Assembly: GCA_963727715.1 (NCBI GenBank)
Contig: CAVSGX010000004.1
Location: 8,455-72,454 of the forward strand
Reading direction: 5' to 3'
DNA from: an uncultured bacterium
GTDB lineage: Bacteria; Patescibacteriota; Minisyncoccia; Phycocordibacterales; DATDWN01
Length of the DNA: 64,000 nt
The notes under the pieces are model-generated. The model was not told the DNA's origin. It made no database searches and saw only the letters and a program-made list of their open reading frames with translations. Shown in pieces: positions 31,656-40,670 of this stretch. The position numbers and the translations under genes were made by a program. Numbering within the stretch: position 1 is the stretch's first letter; the number at the start of each line of letters is the position of its first letter.

Positions 31656-32300
31656 CTATTTTTGTGCTACGAAAAGCATTTGGCCGGCGAAAGGTTTTAG
31701 TGGAGAGTGGATGTAAGCGCGGACAATGAAGGGCAGAAGAAAATCCGGGATGAGTGGAGAATTGGATCGCATAGAAAAAGGTAGAAAGCGTGGCATGGCG
31801 AGTAAGATATCGAAACTGTTTGAAATCAAAAAACTTTTAAGCGAAGCATCGCTCCAGATTTTCTTGTGAGTTGGATCGTCAAAATATTTTTTGGCCGACA
31901 GGCGGTAATTCGGTTGCATCAAAATAAGAATTCCTCTGGGTTTCAGTACACGCATTATCTCGGTGGTCGTCTTCTGGATCTCTTCGTCAGTGAAATGTTC
32001 CAAAAGATTGCTGGCAAAAACAACATCGGTCGACCGGCTTTTGATTAGAGATAGATTCCAAGCTGGAAATTTTATTTTTTTGACATCTTCTCCGGCAAAT
32101 TTGTCGATCTCCGTAGAAATATCAACCGCATATTTTTCTTCGGCCGAAGTATTGTTTATAAAATCGCAGTAGCCGGCGCCTAAGTCAACGACCACTTTTT
32201 TGTCACACAGAAAAGGTCGCAAAAATCGGACAATTTCTTTCCAGACGATCGTCCGTCTTTTGTCAAAAGTATATCGCGATGTGTAATATGGGTCTGTCAT
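31656..32300 (-). CDS. Class I SAM-dependent methyltransferase
   Basis: VVDLGAGYCDF motif I. Confidence 0.75.
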   Translation of the reverse strand: MTDPYYTSRYTFDKRRTIVWKEIVRFLRPFLCDKKVVVDLGAGYCDFINNTSAEEKYAVDISTEIDKFAGEDVKKIKFPAWNLSLIKSRSTDVVFASNLLEHFTDEEIQKTTTEIMRVLKPRGILILMQPNYRLSAKKYFDDPTHKKIWSDASLKSFLISNSFDILLAMPRFLPFSMRSNSPLIPDFLLPFIVRAYIHSPLKPFAGQMLFVAQK

Positions 32301-33010
32301 AGCGTTTTGAATCGATATTTAACAATCATCGGTAACATTTTAAAACCAAGTTTTGTGGCGCGCCAAATACTGCCGGTGTAGCCGGAGAGACCGACACGCG
32401 GTTTGTACATTATCGGAATTTCAATAACCATTTTTTCTTTCCTGACGAGCCAGATCATAAGTTCCGGAGAAAATTTCCCGTCGCCGTCGGAATATTTGAA
32501 ATATTTTTTTATGTCTTCCAGTGAAGCGCGGTTTAGAAGTTTGTATGTGCAACCGACATCGGTCAGAGTCGGACCGTTGTGCAAAACTTCCAAAACTTTT
32601 GCCACAGCCCAGTTGCCCAGACGCACCGGAAAAGGCATAAAAGCGCCGGACCAAATAGCTGCCCGAGAAGTGCGTGTGCCGAAAACCACCGGGAAATTAT
32701 CGCTGTACAAAAGAAACTTGGCAATATCAGCCGGCTCAAATGTCCCATCCGCCTCAACCATAACAGTCAAATCCCCTGTCGATTCCATAAGCCCGCGCAT
32801 CAAGGCATAACCATAGCCCTGCTTTTTTTCTACCACCAATCTAGCCTTTGTTTTGGCCACTTCTTCTTTAGTTTTACCCAAAGCATTATTATCCACCACG
32901 ATAATTTCATCAACAAAACCAGTGGCAAAAAAACCGTTTATAACAAATTTGATTGTTTTGTCCTCGTTGTACGTTGGTATGATAACCGTTACTTTTTTTG
33001 ATTTATACAT
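32297..33010 (-). CDS. GT2 glycosyltransferase (polyprenol-phosphate sugar transferase-like)
   Basis: VTVIIPTYNEDKTI..VVDNN..EADG. Confidence 0.8.
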   Translation of the reverse strand: MYKSKKVTVIIPTYNEDKTIKFVINGFFATGFVDEIIVVDNNALGKTKEEVAKTKARLVVEKKQGYGYALMRGLMESTGDLTVMVEADGTFEPADIAKFLLYSDNFPVVFGTRTSRAAIWSGAFMPFPVRLGNWAVAKVLEVLHNGPTLTDVGCTYKLLNRASLEDIKKYFKYSDGDGKFSPELMIWLVRKEKMVIEIPIMYKPRVGLSGYTGSIWRATKLGFKMLPMIVKYRFKTL

Positions 33011-34023
33011 AAAAACAAATTGTCCATTAAAGTCTTTAGACTTTGGGACAAGACTGCTTTCTCAGCCAGATTACCATACTCCAAATATTGATCTTGGTCA
33101 AAGGAGAGCAAATTTAGAGCTCCTTTCAAAATATCTTCCTTGTTGTTTGAAACACATGACGACGGTGGCAATATTTTTTTGAATGATTGATTAGTAATTA
33201 AAACCAAAAGGCCACAAGCCAAAGCTTCAATGACGGTCTTGTCAAAACTGCCGGTGTCAGTGAAATTTAAAAAAATTTGATATCCTTGATAAACTCGCGG
33301 AGTATTTTCAAAAGAAACTCCTGGGGAGAGAAATACTTGTGACCGAAGTTTTTTCTCCGAGACAAGACTTTTCAAATTCTCAAAATATCTCTTATCTTTT
33401 GGAAGGACATCACCAACTATGGAAAGTCTTGGTTGAAGACCTTTATCAACCAAGTTGGAAATGAGATTTATGCCGGTTTCAATGTTTTTTATTTTGGCTA
33501 TGCGACCAAGCATCAAAAAAGAACATGGTTTGGTTGTGACACCAGTTTTCTTGAACATATCGGTATCAATACCGGCTGGCATTATTTTAGTCTTCTTAAA
33601 ACGAGCGGTGTAAGAACTCTCGGATGTGGCAAAGACGGTGTCTGAAAACCAGACGGCGAGGCCAGTCAGAAAATTGCCGTAGCGGTGATTGCGCCAGAAG
33701 AAAATTTTCTTGCCGAGCGATTTCCAAATCAATCCGCCTAAAAGAATGTACTCCTGATTCATATGGACAAAGACCAAGTCATATTCCTTGTGGTATTTCC
33801 AAATATATGAAAAAAATCTGGCCAAATATTTCATTTTGGAAACGCCATCTTCTTTGCCCAGAGAATAAACGGAAATATTTTTCGGCAAATCATATTCTCC
33901 TTTGGACAAACAAATAACAACAATCTTGTCGCATCTTTTGGCCATCTCCAAAAGCCAACCGTGAAAAAAACCAAGAGTTTTGTCTTTTTTATCAACCGTC
34001 TGTGTGATGACAAGCAATTTCAT
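32989..34023 (-). CDS. GT4/GT1-type glycosyltransferase
   Basis: GT-B architecture with the C-terminal E-x7-E-like region (GSFDKTVIEALACGLLV). Confidence 0.7.
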   Translation of the reverse strand: MKLLVITQTVDKKDKTLGFFHGWLLEMAKRCDKIVVICLSKGEYDLPKNISVYSLGKEDGVSKMKYLARFFSYIWKYHKEYDLVFVHMNQEYILLGGLIWKSLGKKIFFWRNHRYGNFLTGLAVWFSDTVFATSESSYTARFKKTKIMPAGIDTDMFKKTGVTTKPCSFLMLGRIAKIKNIETGINLISNLVDKGLQPRLSIVGDVLPKDKRYFENLKSLVSEKKLRSQVFLSPGVSFENTPRVYQGYQIFLNFTDTGSFDKTVIEALACGLLVLITNQSFKKILPPSSCVSNNKEDILKGALNLLSFDQDQYLEYGNLAEKAVLSQSLKTLMDNLFLCINQKK

Positions 34024-34457
34024 AATTTGAATTCTGTTTCAATTTTAATGTTATTGTCTTCTTCGCGTATTTTGAAGACAAAATGTTTTGATAAGAAAAA
34101 AGTGCAACAAGCCGTGACTATACCGGCGGTTATTTGGCCGGCCAGAGCGTAGAATTTGAAATATTCAACGGAGACATACAAAACAAAAGTATTGATCAAA
34201 AGACCTAATAAAGAGGTTAGTAAATATTTTCCGATCTGATGATGAAATCTGTCCATCGAATGATCACGAAATGTCCAGAATTTTTGCAAAATCAGACTGA
34301 TCAAAAAAGCTACTGTGAAAGCTACAACCGAGGAGGTAATATAGTAAACGTGGTAGATATGATGCAACAAAAAAAATAAAGACAGGTTGACCGCCGCGCT
34401 GGTGCCACCGGAGATAATATATCTGATCAACAAATGTTTAGTTAAATATTTAATCAT
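34020..34457 (-). CDS. GtrA-family membrane protein
   Basis: 145 aa, 4 TM segments. IRYIISGGTSAAVNL is the GtrA N-terminal signature. Confidence 0.8.
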   Translation of the reverse strand: MIKYLTKHLLIRYIISGGTSAAVNLSLFFLLHHIYHVYYITSSVVAFTVAFLISLILQKFWTFRDHSMDRFHHQIGKYLLTSLLGLLINTFVLYVSVEYFKFYALAGQITAGIVTACCTFFLSKHFVFKIREEDNNIKIETEFKL

Positions 34458-35626
34458 TTTGAATTAATTCCCGGGTTGTCGTGAGTCGCTTCTTTCAAGA
34501 GAGCTGTGTACGATTCGACATATTCCTCTCTTGTGCCGATTCTGGATTCAATATCTTCCAAAAGGACCTGGGCCATCATATAACGCAAGGAGTTGTTACC
34601 AATCAATGTTTTTATACCTTCGGATATGCAAGCTATGTCGCCAACCGGACAGATGTAGGAATTTTTGAGATGAACTAAAATCTCGCCGGAAACACCAACA
34701 TCGGTAGACAAAACCGGCAAGTGAGCCAAGCCGGCTTCAATCAACGACATTCCGTATCCTTCGTATTCGGAAACGGACAAGAACATATTGGCTGATTTCA
34801 TTAGAGAAAAAATATCTTCCCGGAAACCCAGAAGAACGACTTTGTCAGAGAGTCCGAGTTTTTCAATTTTTTTCAAAAGTTTTTGGCGAAAAGGACCGTC
34901 GCCGGCGATAACAAGTCCGGCGTGAGGATAACTTTTGACCACATCAAAAAAAGCCGAGAGCGCGTCACTAAAACATTTTTCTTCGGTCAAACGACCGGCC
35001 GAGAGGATTATAAACTTGAATTGCGGAAACATTTTTTTCAGATCAGAATTTTCGTTTTTAGGATTTTGTGAAATGATAGATTCAACATCAATGCGTATGG
35101 GCAATATGCGGGCCGGATGTTTTAATTTTATCCCAGCTTCTTTTAAAGATTCGGCAATGCGCAAGGAAACAACCCTGACAAAATCAGCTCGAGGAATTAA
35201 AAATCTCGCTGTAAAAACCCTGAGACTTTGAAGAAAAGAATTTTTAAAATATGGGCTTAGAAAATCAGTATGTATTTGCAAATGGAGCGATAGGCGGAAA
35301 TATCTGGCCAGACGCCAACCGACAAACCCGCACTCAAAAGGATCTTGGCAGGTGATGACGGAATCCCCGCGGACAAATTTGTTTTCTTTTATTATTTTTT
35401 TGCCAAGTGAAATGGCATCAAAAATAAAAAACCAGCGCGAAGAAGAGTTGGTGGAATAAACAATTACATTTTCACTTATTGCGGTTTTCATCAGATTCTG
35501 TTTTTTTGTGGAAAAAACTATGATATGGAGAGAGTCCATCAATTTTCCATAATCCAAAGTACGCATAGCCACGGCGCTATTTTTTTCAAATAATTTTCTG
35601 TCTGTGCCTATGGATAAAACTTTCAT
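34454..35626 (-). CDS. GT4 glycosyltransferase
   Basis: SVSEYEGYGMSLIEAGLAHLPVLSTDVG (GT4 EX7E region). Confidence 0.8.
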   Translation of the reverse strand: MKVLSIGTDRKLFEKNSAVAMRTLDYGKLMDSLHIIVFSTKKQNLMKTAISENVIVYSTNSSSRWFFIFDAISLGKKIIKENKFVRGDSVITCQDPFECGFVGWRLARYFRLSLHLQIHTDFLSPYFKNSFLQSLRVFTARFLIPRADFVRVVSLRIAESLKEAGIKLKHPARILPIRIDVESIISQNPKNENSDLKKMFPQFKFIILSAGRLTEEKCFSDALSAFFDVVKSYPHAGLVIAGDGPFRQKLLKKIEKLGLSDKVVLLGFREDIFSLMKSANMFLSVSEYEGYGMSLIEAGLAHLPVLSTDVGVSGEILVHLKNSYICPVGDIACISEGIKTLIGNNSLRYMMAQVLLEDIESRIGTREEYVESYTALLKEATHDNPGINSK

Positions 35627-36645
35627 ATTTGCGAGTAAATATCTACGAATTGTTGGGCGATTTCATCCCAAGAATGACCGTGGGAACTCAAGAGAATATT
35701 TCTTTTATAATTTTGATATATTTCCGGCTCAAGTAAAATCTCCACATTACGGACCAAATCATCAACCGAAAAAGGATTGGTAAATACTACCATACCTTTC
35801 AGTTTTTCAAACATACCATTATCGGAAGTCAAAATGACTGGCAAATCAAAACGAATGGCATCACAAACCAAATTCGGGCTAACTTCCGAAAAAGAATTGA
35901 TAATAATGGCGTAAGATTTGGAAATTTTTTCCAAAAGAACTTCGTGGGAAACTTGATTTGTGTCCAAGATCAGATCTGGATGTTTCTGTTTGATTCTGCG
36001 GAAAGCTTCCGCCAATCTTTTTTTATTTTTTATAACAATGTCGCGAGACGGAGATAGAAATATTTTCTGCTCGATATTCTGGGCGACGGGCATTTCCGGC
36101 ATAGGAAAAAAATTCTCTATAATTTTTGTTTTGTTTAAATTCAAGTTGTACGACTCTTTCATAATATTTCTTTGCCATTCGGTACTGAAAATAACCATGT
36201 CAGCCGAGTGTAAAACAAACTTGGTGGTATTGAAAATAATCTTCTCTTTCAAAGAAAACTCGCGAGGAGTTTGATAGAAATGTGAAAGTAAAATTTCTTT
36301 TTTGGTTCTCTCAACAAAAGATTCCCATAAAAAATCTCCACCCACTCTTAAAACCATTTTTTTGCCAAGCAATTTGCTAAAAATGAGTGTCGGTAAACCA
36401 ACACTAAAAGAGTCCAGAGCAATGATATAGTCGGCAAAAAGAGCATCAAAAAATAGTTTGACAAAATAAAAAAAATGGCGAACTCCTGTGGGAAATTTTT
36501 TCAATTCACCATAAGTGACAACCGAGACATTATATTTTTGGATTAAAAATGAATTAAAAAGCTCCTTGGCATATCCCGCCGGACCGCCTATTTCCGGAGG
36601 GTAAATACCTGTTGCTATGACAATATTTTCCGGTATTTTGTTCAT
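35623..36645 (-). CDS. GT-B-type glycosyltransferase (GT4-like)
   Basis: N-terminal GIYPPEIGGPAGY and cluster context. Confidence 0.65.
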   Translation of the reverse strand: MNKIPENIVIATGIYPPEIGGPAGYAKELFNSFLIQKYNVSVVTYGELKKFPTGVRHFFYFVKLFFDALFADYIIALDSFSVGLPTLIFSKLLGKKMVLRVGGDFLWESFVERTKKEILLSHFYQTPREFSLKEKIIFNTTKFVLHSADMVIFSTEWQRNIMKESYNLNLNKTKIIENFFPMPEMPVAQNIEQKIFLSPSRDIVIKNKKRLAEAFRRIKQKHPDLILDTNQVSHEVLLEKISKSYAIIINSFSEVSPNLVCDAIRFDLPVILTSDNGMFEKLKGMVVFTNPFSVDDLVRNVEILLEPEIYQNYKRNILLSSHGHSWDEIAQQFVDIYSQI

Positions 36646-36654
36646 ATCCCATAA

Positions 36655-38508
36655 TCAATGCTGTTCAGGTTTATTTTTATCAATTGTGTCGTCCACATTA
36701 AGCACTTTACGCAAAACCTCTTCCGGCACTTCTTTCCCCGACGCTGGCGCGGCTGGGGTTTGGACGATTTCTTTTTTAATTCCGGGTTTTATTTCCGTTT
36801 TTATTTCCGGTTTATTCATAACTTGAGACAGAGCATTTTTCAAACTGGAAATATTTTCCACTGTCGGATTTTTTTTATTTTCACTTGAATTCAGAGTAGA
36901 TAATGAAGCTGTTTGCGCAGTTGGAGGATTCTTATTTGAATCTACTGGTTTTCTCTGCGAAAAAGATTTGTTGCGCAAATCTTCGGTGGCTTTTATAAAA
37001 GCCAACTTATTAGGATCAGGGGTTGCAATTGTTGGAGTATTGTTCTGGTTGTTATATTTCTCTTTCTCACTGAAAGGCTTGTTAAAAATCGGACGATTGT
37101 CGACGCTTCGCTGAGGAGATGCCGGCGCAGATAAGGGCATAGGCGAAAAGCTGGAACGTCCTGTTCCTATATTTCCGTCGCCTTGCCCACCACCAGCCAT
37201 TTTGTCTCTTTGGGCCGATGTCCCCTCTTCATGCCATTTTTTTATTTCTGCCTCGACTTCGCCCCGTGGTCGGGTAAACTGTTTCCACGAGCTTTCCATA
37301 ACTTCTTTTTTGAATGAGACATCCGGCCTAGTAATCGGTGGCATAGTGACAGCTGAAAACGGCGCTGAAGAAACTTCATCGATCATCAATTTCAAATAAA
37401 TTTGGTATTTGCCAAGATTGACCAAATCTTCGGCGGTGAAAGTTGGAGCGAATTCTTTTTCCAAAACTTCAGCATCAAAAGCGCCGACTCGAAATGTGAC
37501 CATGGTGCCAACGTTGCCGAAAACGGCGTCGCGCACTTCCTCTTCCATTTGCTCAATGTACTGATGTGTGATGTTTAAACCTAATTTGTACTTGCGGGCT
37601 TCGGACAAAATGTCGGCAAAAGATTTGTTGGCGAAAGATTGAAACTCGTCCACATACAAATAAAAATTCGGCAGTTTGGCTAATTGCTCTTTGTTTTTGT
37701 CCGCTCGAGACATGGCCGCCAAGTATATTTTTGTGATAAGCATTGAACCAATGAGGTTGGCATTGCCCTCACCAACAAGCCCTTTGGACAAGTTGATGAG
37801 CAATATCTTTTTCTCATCCATAAAATCGCGAATGTCAAAAGATGATTTCGGCTGGCCGATTAAATTTCGGACAAGCGGGTTTGATGTGAATTGTCCGACT
37901 TTGTTTTGAATAGCCGGTGTGGCTTCGGCTGCGTATTTGTCGGTGTATTTGGCAAATTCCTCCGTCCAAAAAGTTTTGACCGATGGATCTTTGATGTTCT
38001 CCACCACTTTTTTGCGATACTCTTTGTCAGCTAACATTCGATTAACACCAAGAAGTGTGGCACCCGGATATTCCAAGAGCGCCAAAAGAGTGTTGTTTAA
38101 AATGTAAGCCATGCGAGCTGACCAAGCATCCACCCAGATTTTCTCAAACGTGGACATGAGGCCGTTGACCACCAGATGTCTTTTGTCCACACCAATATCT
38201 TCCAAGACATTGAAAGAAACTGGATGTTCCAAATCAAATGGCGCGAAATAAAGCACATCTTTGATGCGATTTTCCGGGATGTAATCCAGCAGTTTTTCGG
38301 CCATTGAACCGTGCGGATCTATGACGGCGATACCGTTGCCATTTTGAATATCCTGGATGGCCATATTTTCCAAAAGATTGGACTTGCCAACGCCGGTTTT
38401 GCCGATAACATAAACATGACGCAAGCGATCGCTTTCTTTGATACCAAAACGGATTTTTTTGTTGCGAGCGTCCGTTTCGGCAAAATATGTGATGGGGTTT
38501 GGGTCCAT
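36655..38508 (-). CDS. VirD4/TraD/TraG-like (FtsK/HerA-superfamily) P-loop ATPase with a low-complexity C-terminus
   Basis: HVYVIGKTGVGKSN Walker A, LYVDEFQSF Walker B, and the LGLNITHQY pattern of type IV coupling-protein-like ATPases. Confidence 0.6.
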   Translation of the reverse strand: MDPNPITYFAETDARNKKIRFGIKESDRLRHVYVIGKTGVGKSNLLENMAIQDIQNGNGIAVIDPHGSMAEKLLDYIPENRIKDVLYFAPFDLEHPVSFNVLEDIGVDKRHLVVNGLMSTFEKIWVDAWSARMAYILNNTLLALLEYPGATLLGVNRMLADKEYRKKVVENIKDPSVKTFWTEEFAKYTDKYAAEATPAIQNKVGQFTSNPLVRNLIGQPKSSFDIRDFMDEKKILLINLSKGLVGEGNANLIGSMLITKIYLAAMSRADKNKEQLAKLPNFYLYVDEFQSFANKSFADILSEARKYKLGLNITHQYIEQMEEEVRDAVFGNVGTMVTFRVGAFDAEVLEKEFAPTFTAEDLVNLGKYQIYLKLMIDEVSSAPFSAVTMPPITRPDVSFKKEVMESSWKQFTRPRGEVEAEIKKWHEEGTSAQRDKMAGGGQGDGNIGTGRSSFSPMPLSAPASPQRSVDNRPIFNKPFSEKEKYNNQNNTPTIATPDPNKLAFIKATEDLRNKSFSQRKPVDSNKNPPTAQTASLSTLNSSENKKNPTVENISSLKNALSQVMNKPEIKTEIKPGIKKEIVQTPAAPASGKEVPEEVLRKVLNVDDTIDKNKPEQH

Positions 38509-38594
38509 AATCGTTTATTATTATATCACAGATGATTAAAATCCAAACCACTAAAAGCTCGCCTGATTTTGCTCCGCAAAATCAGAAAGTAAAG

Positions 38595-38660
38595 AAAAAT
38601 TCAAAATTCAAAAACAAAAGAAAAAACAAATCGACAAGAGACAAGCTACCTTTTTGGAAA
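38595..38660 (-). promoter_or_regulatory. Conserved 3' flank of a DGR variable repeat (copy A)
   Basis: aaaaattcaaaattcaaaaacaaaagaaaaaacaaatcgacaagagacaagctacctttttggaaa is identical to 40605-40670 and 43419-43484. Confidence 0.6.
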
Positions 38661-39650
38661 TCACAAGAACGAGCGGGAGAGGCGACCACCCAGAGGCGGA
38701 TGGGAACTGGACGGAGCATCGGCACGGACACCGAGCCGGGAACCGGCGGGGTTCCAATAGGCGCAGACGACACGAAAGGAAGATGGGGCGGTTTTGTCAG
38801 GGTTTGGCACTTTAGACCCGGGCAAAGCGGTCCAGTAGTATAGACCATCTTTCTCGTTTTTGGTGTCTATGTGCTTGCCTGTTTGTTCAAAGATTTTTCT
38901 TTGCAGGATGAGATAATCGGACAGAGTTAGAGATTGGTTCGGAGGCAAGGAGAGAAAGGTTTCAATCTTTTTGTTCAGAGTTTGTTTAAGCTCTGATTGT
39001 TGCCAGAGTTCTTGACTGTGGACTAGAACGATTCTTCTTTTTTTGTCTTCTATTACTCCTTCAAACCCGCCACCCGAGTTGAAATTGCTTCCGGTGTATG
39101 TTTCGTTGTATCCTTCCGACATTTTAGCGTTTAGGTCTGTCAGGTTTGGCAGAGTTTCCGGAATGAGCAGGATTGTGTCAAAACCGTGTTTTTCTATTTC
39201 TTCTCTGATTTGGTCAATGTTTCTTTCCCAGATGTTTTTCATCGTCTCGGAGAAGTCTTTCGGTCTGTCTATGGAGTGGGTTGTGTAAAAGGAAGTAAAG
39301 TATTCTATTTCTTTTTCAATATCTATGGTTATGGTTTCTTTCTTTTCTTCAGTGGTTGTTTTGCCGGTTTTTTCGTCTTTTGTCTCTTCGATATGTTTGT
39401 ATTCCACTTCTAGAGTTGTTGAGGATTTGCCTTCTATCTTTCTTTTGAGAGAACGGCATTGGGAGAGTGTTTCTTTGATTTTCAGGCTTAGTTCTTTCTG
39501 TTTCTCTGTATCTCCGCTCTCAATGGCTTTTAGGAGTTTATCTTTCATTTCTTCGGCCTGAGAGAGCAGGCCTTCCATTACGGTCAAGTCGGCCAGAGCT
39601 TGTTCTTTGGTTGGTGGAGAGTTTGGGATTTTGGGAGATTCGTGGGACAT
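38661..39650 (-). CDS. DGR target protein 1 (cytoplasmic, coiled-coil N-terminus, C-terminal variable CLec-like region)
   Basis: 329 aa. Identical to the 40671..41660 product except for the last 32 aa or so (VVCAYWNPAGSRLGVRADAPSSSHPPLGGRLSRSFL), which overlie the VR. Confidence 0.85.
   Translation of the reverse strand: MSHESPKIPNSPPTKEQALADLTVMEGLLSQAEEMKDKLLKAIESGDTEKQKELSLKIKETLSQCRSLKRKIEGKSSTTLEVEYKHIEETKDEKTGKTTTEEKKETITIDIEKEIEYFTSFYTTHSIDRPKDFSETMKNIWERNIDQIREEIEKHGFDTILLIPETLPNLTDLNAKMSEGYNETYTGSNFNSGGGFEGVIEDKKRRIVLVHSQELWQQSELKQTLNKKIETFLSLPPNQSLTLSDYLILQRKIFEQTGKHIDTKNEKDGLYYWTALPGSKVPNPDKTAPSSFRVVCAYWNPAGSRLGVRADAPSSSHPPLGGRLSRSFL
38664..38771 (-). repeat. DGR variable repeat VR-A
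   Basis: Aligns to the TR (43071-43177). By hand count it differs at 15 TR-adenine positions plus one non-A position (tgt>ggt). Confidence 0.85.
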
Positions 39651-39666
39651 AATGGATGGATGATAA

Positions 39667-40347
39667 TCAGTCTAATTTTATTAATTTCTTTGTCAGAACA
39701 GGAATTTCTTTTTGAAAAAAAGTTTTGACCGAATTCCAATCAGCGTCAAAAAAGATGACCGGCTCTGGATCGCTTTCGGCATCGTCAAAATAAACCATAC
39801 TTTTCAAGATATGGTGATAGTCGTGAGCCACAGACGGATACTGTCCCGGCAATCGTCTGATAATATTTTCCAGCGGTTCCACATTTTTGGCGCACCAGTA
39901 CAAATCAAAGAAATCTCTTTTTCTGCCTCTTTGCGAGCTGGCGATTATTTTCATCACGGCCACATCCGTTTTATTCAAAATTTTGACAAAACCGTATTCC
40001 AAAAATTTTTGTTTTGGAATAAAAAACGGATAAGCGATAAAACTGATTTTGGTGTCATACAATACGCCATATAAAGTGTTTGGTTCATCAATATCCGTGC
40101 TCCAATTTTCATTGCTTGCAAAACGAGATAACAGTTTCTTTGTTATAAAACTTTTTTCTGTGGTAAAAAAATCCAAATCAACAGATTTGCGATTGCCGGC
40201 CTGCAAAGCTAAGGCGGTGCCACCGGCCAGATACCAGCCTGATTCACTCAGCCATTCTTGGGTTGATAAAAAATCCAGAGCTGTTTTGGTTGATTTGGGT
40301 AAACATGAAAAGTTGATGATATTTAATTTTGAAGTGTCAGTGTCCAT
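39667..40347 (-). CDS. Nucleotidyltransferase AbiEii/AbiGii-like toxin family protein
   Basis: WYLAGGTALALQAGNRKSVDLDFFT is the family N-terminal signature. Confidence 0.65.
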   Translation of the reverse strand: MDTDTSKLNIINFSCLPKSTKTALDFLSTQEWLSESGWYLAGGTALALQAGNRKSVDLDFFTTEKSFITKKLLSRFASNENWSTDIDEPNTLYGVLYDTKISFIAYPFFIPKQKFLEYGFVKILNKTDVAVMKIIASSQRGRKRDFFDLYWCAKNVEPLENIIRRLPGQYPSVAHDYHHILKSMVYFDDAESDPEPVIFFDADWNSVKTFFQKEIPVLTKKLIKLD

Positions 40348-40547
40348 AATGCTTTTGTTCTTGGTCTCAAAGACCGTGATGCAGAAACAACTTTTCTCAA
40401 CAATGCCTTGTCATAAAAATTCCAAAGCCAGCGAACCTCATTATCCCTGCCAAAATCTAAAATTCTCTCAATTATATATTGAGCGTTTTTTTCAGTGTCA
40501 ATTCTGCTGACATCGGTGTCCCAAAACAAAGATTGTCTAAATGGCAT
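40323..40547 (-). CDS. Small partner protein of the AbiEii-like NTase (putative antitoxin-like)
   Basis: 74 aa. LFWDTDVSRIDTEKNAQYIIERILDFG pattern. Overlaps the NTase start by 25 nt, which suggests translational coupling. Confidence 0.5.
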   Translation of the reverse strand: MPFRQSLFWDTDVSRIDTEKNAQYIIERILDFGRDNEVRWLWNFYDKALLRKVVSASRSLRPRTKALWTLTLQN

Positions 40548-40670
40548 ACCTTCATTATATCAAATTTTGAGACAATATTCAACAAAAATCAAAATGCAAA
40601 AATAAAAAATTCAAAATTCAAAAACAAAAGAAAAAACAAATCGACAAGAGACAAGCTACCTTTTTGGAAA

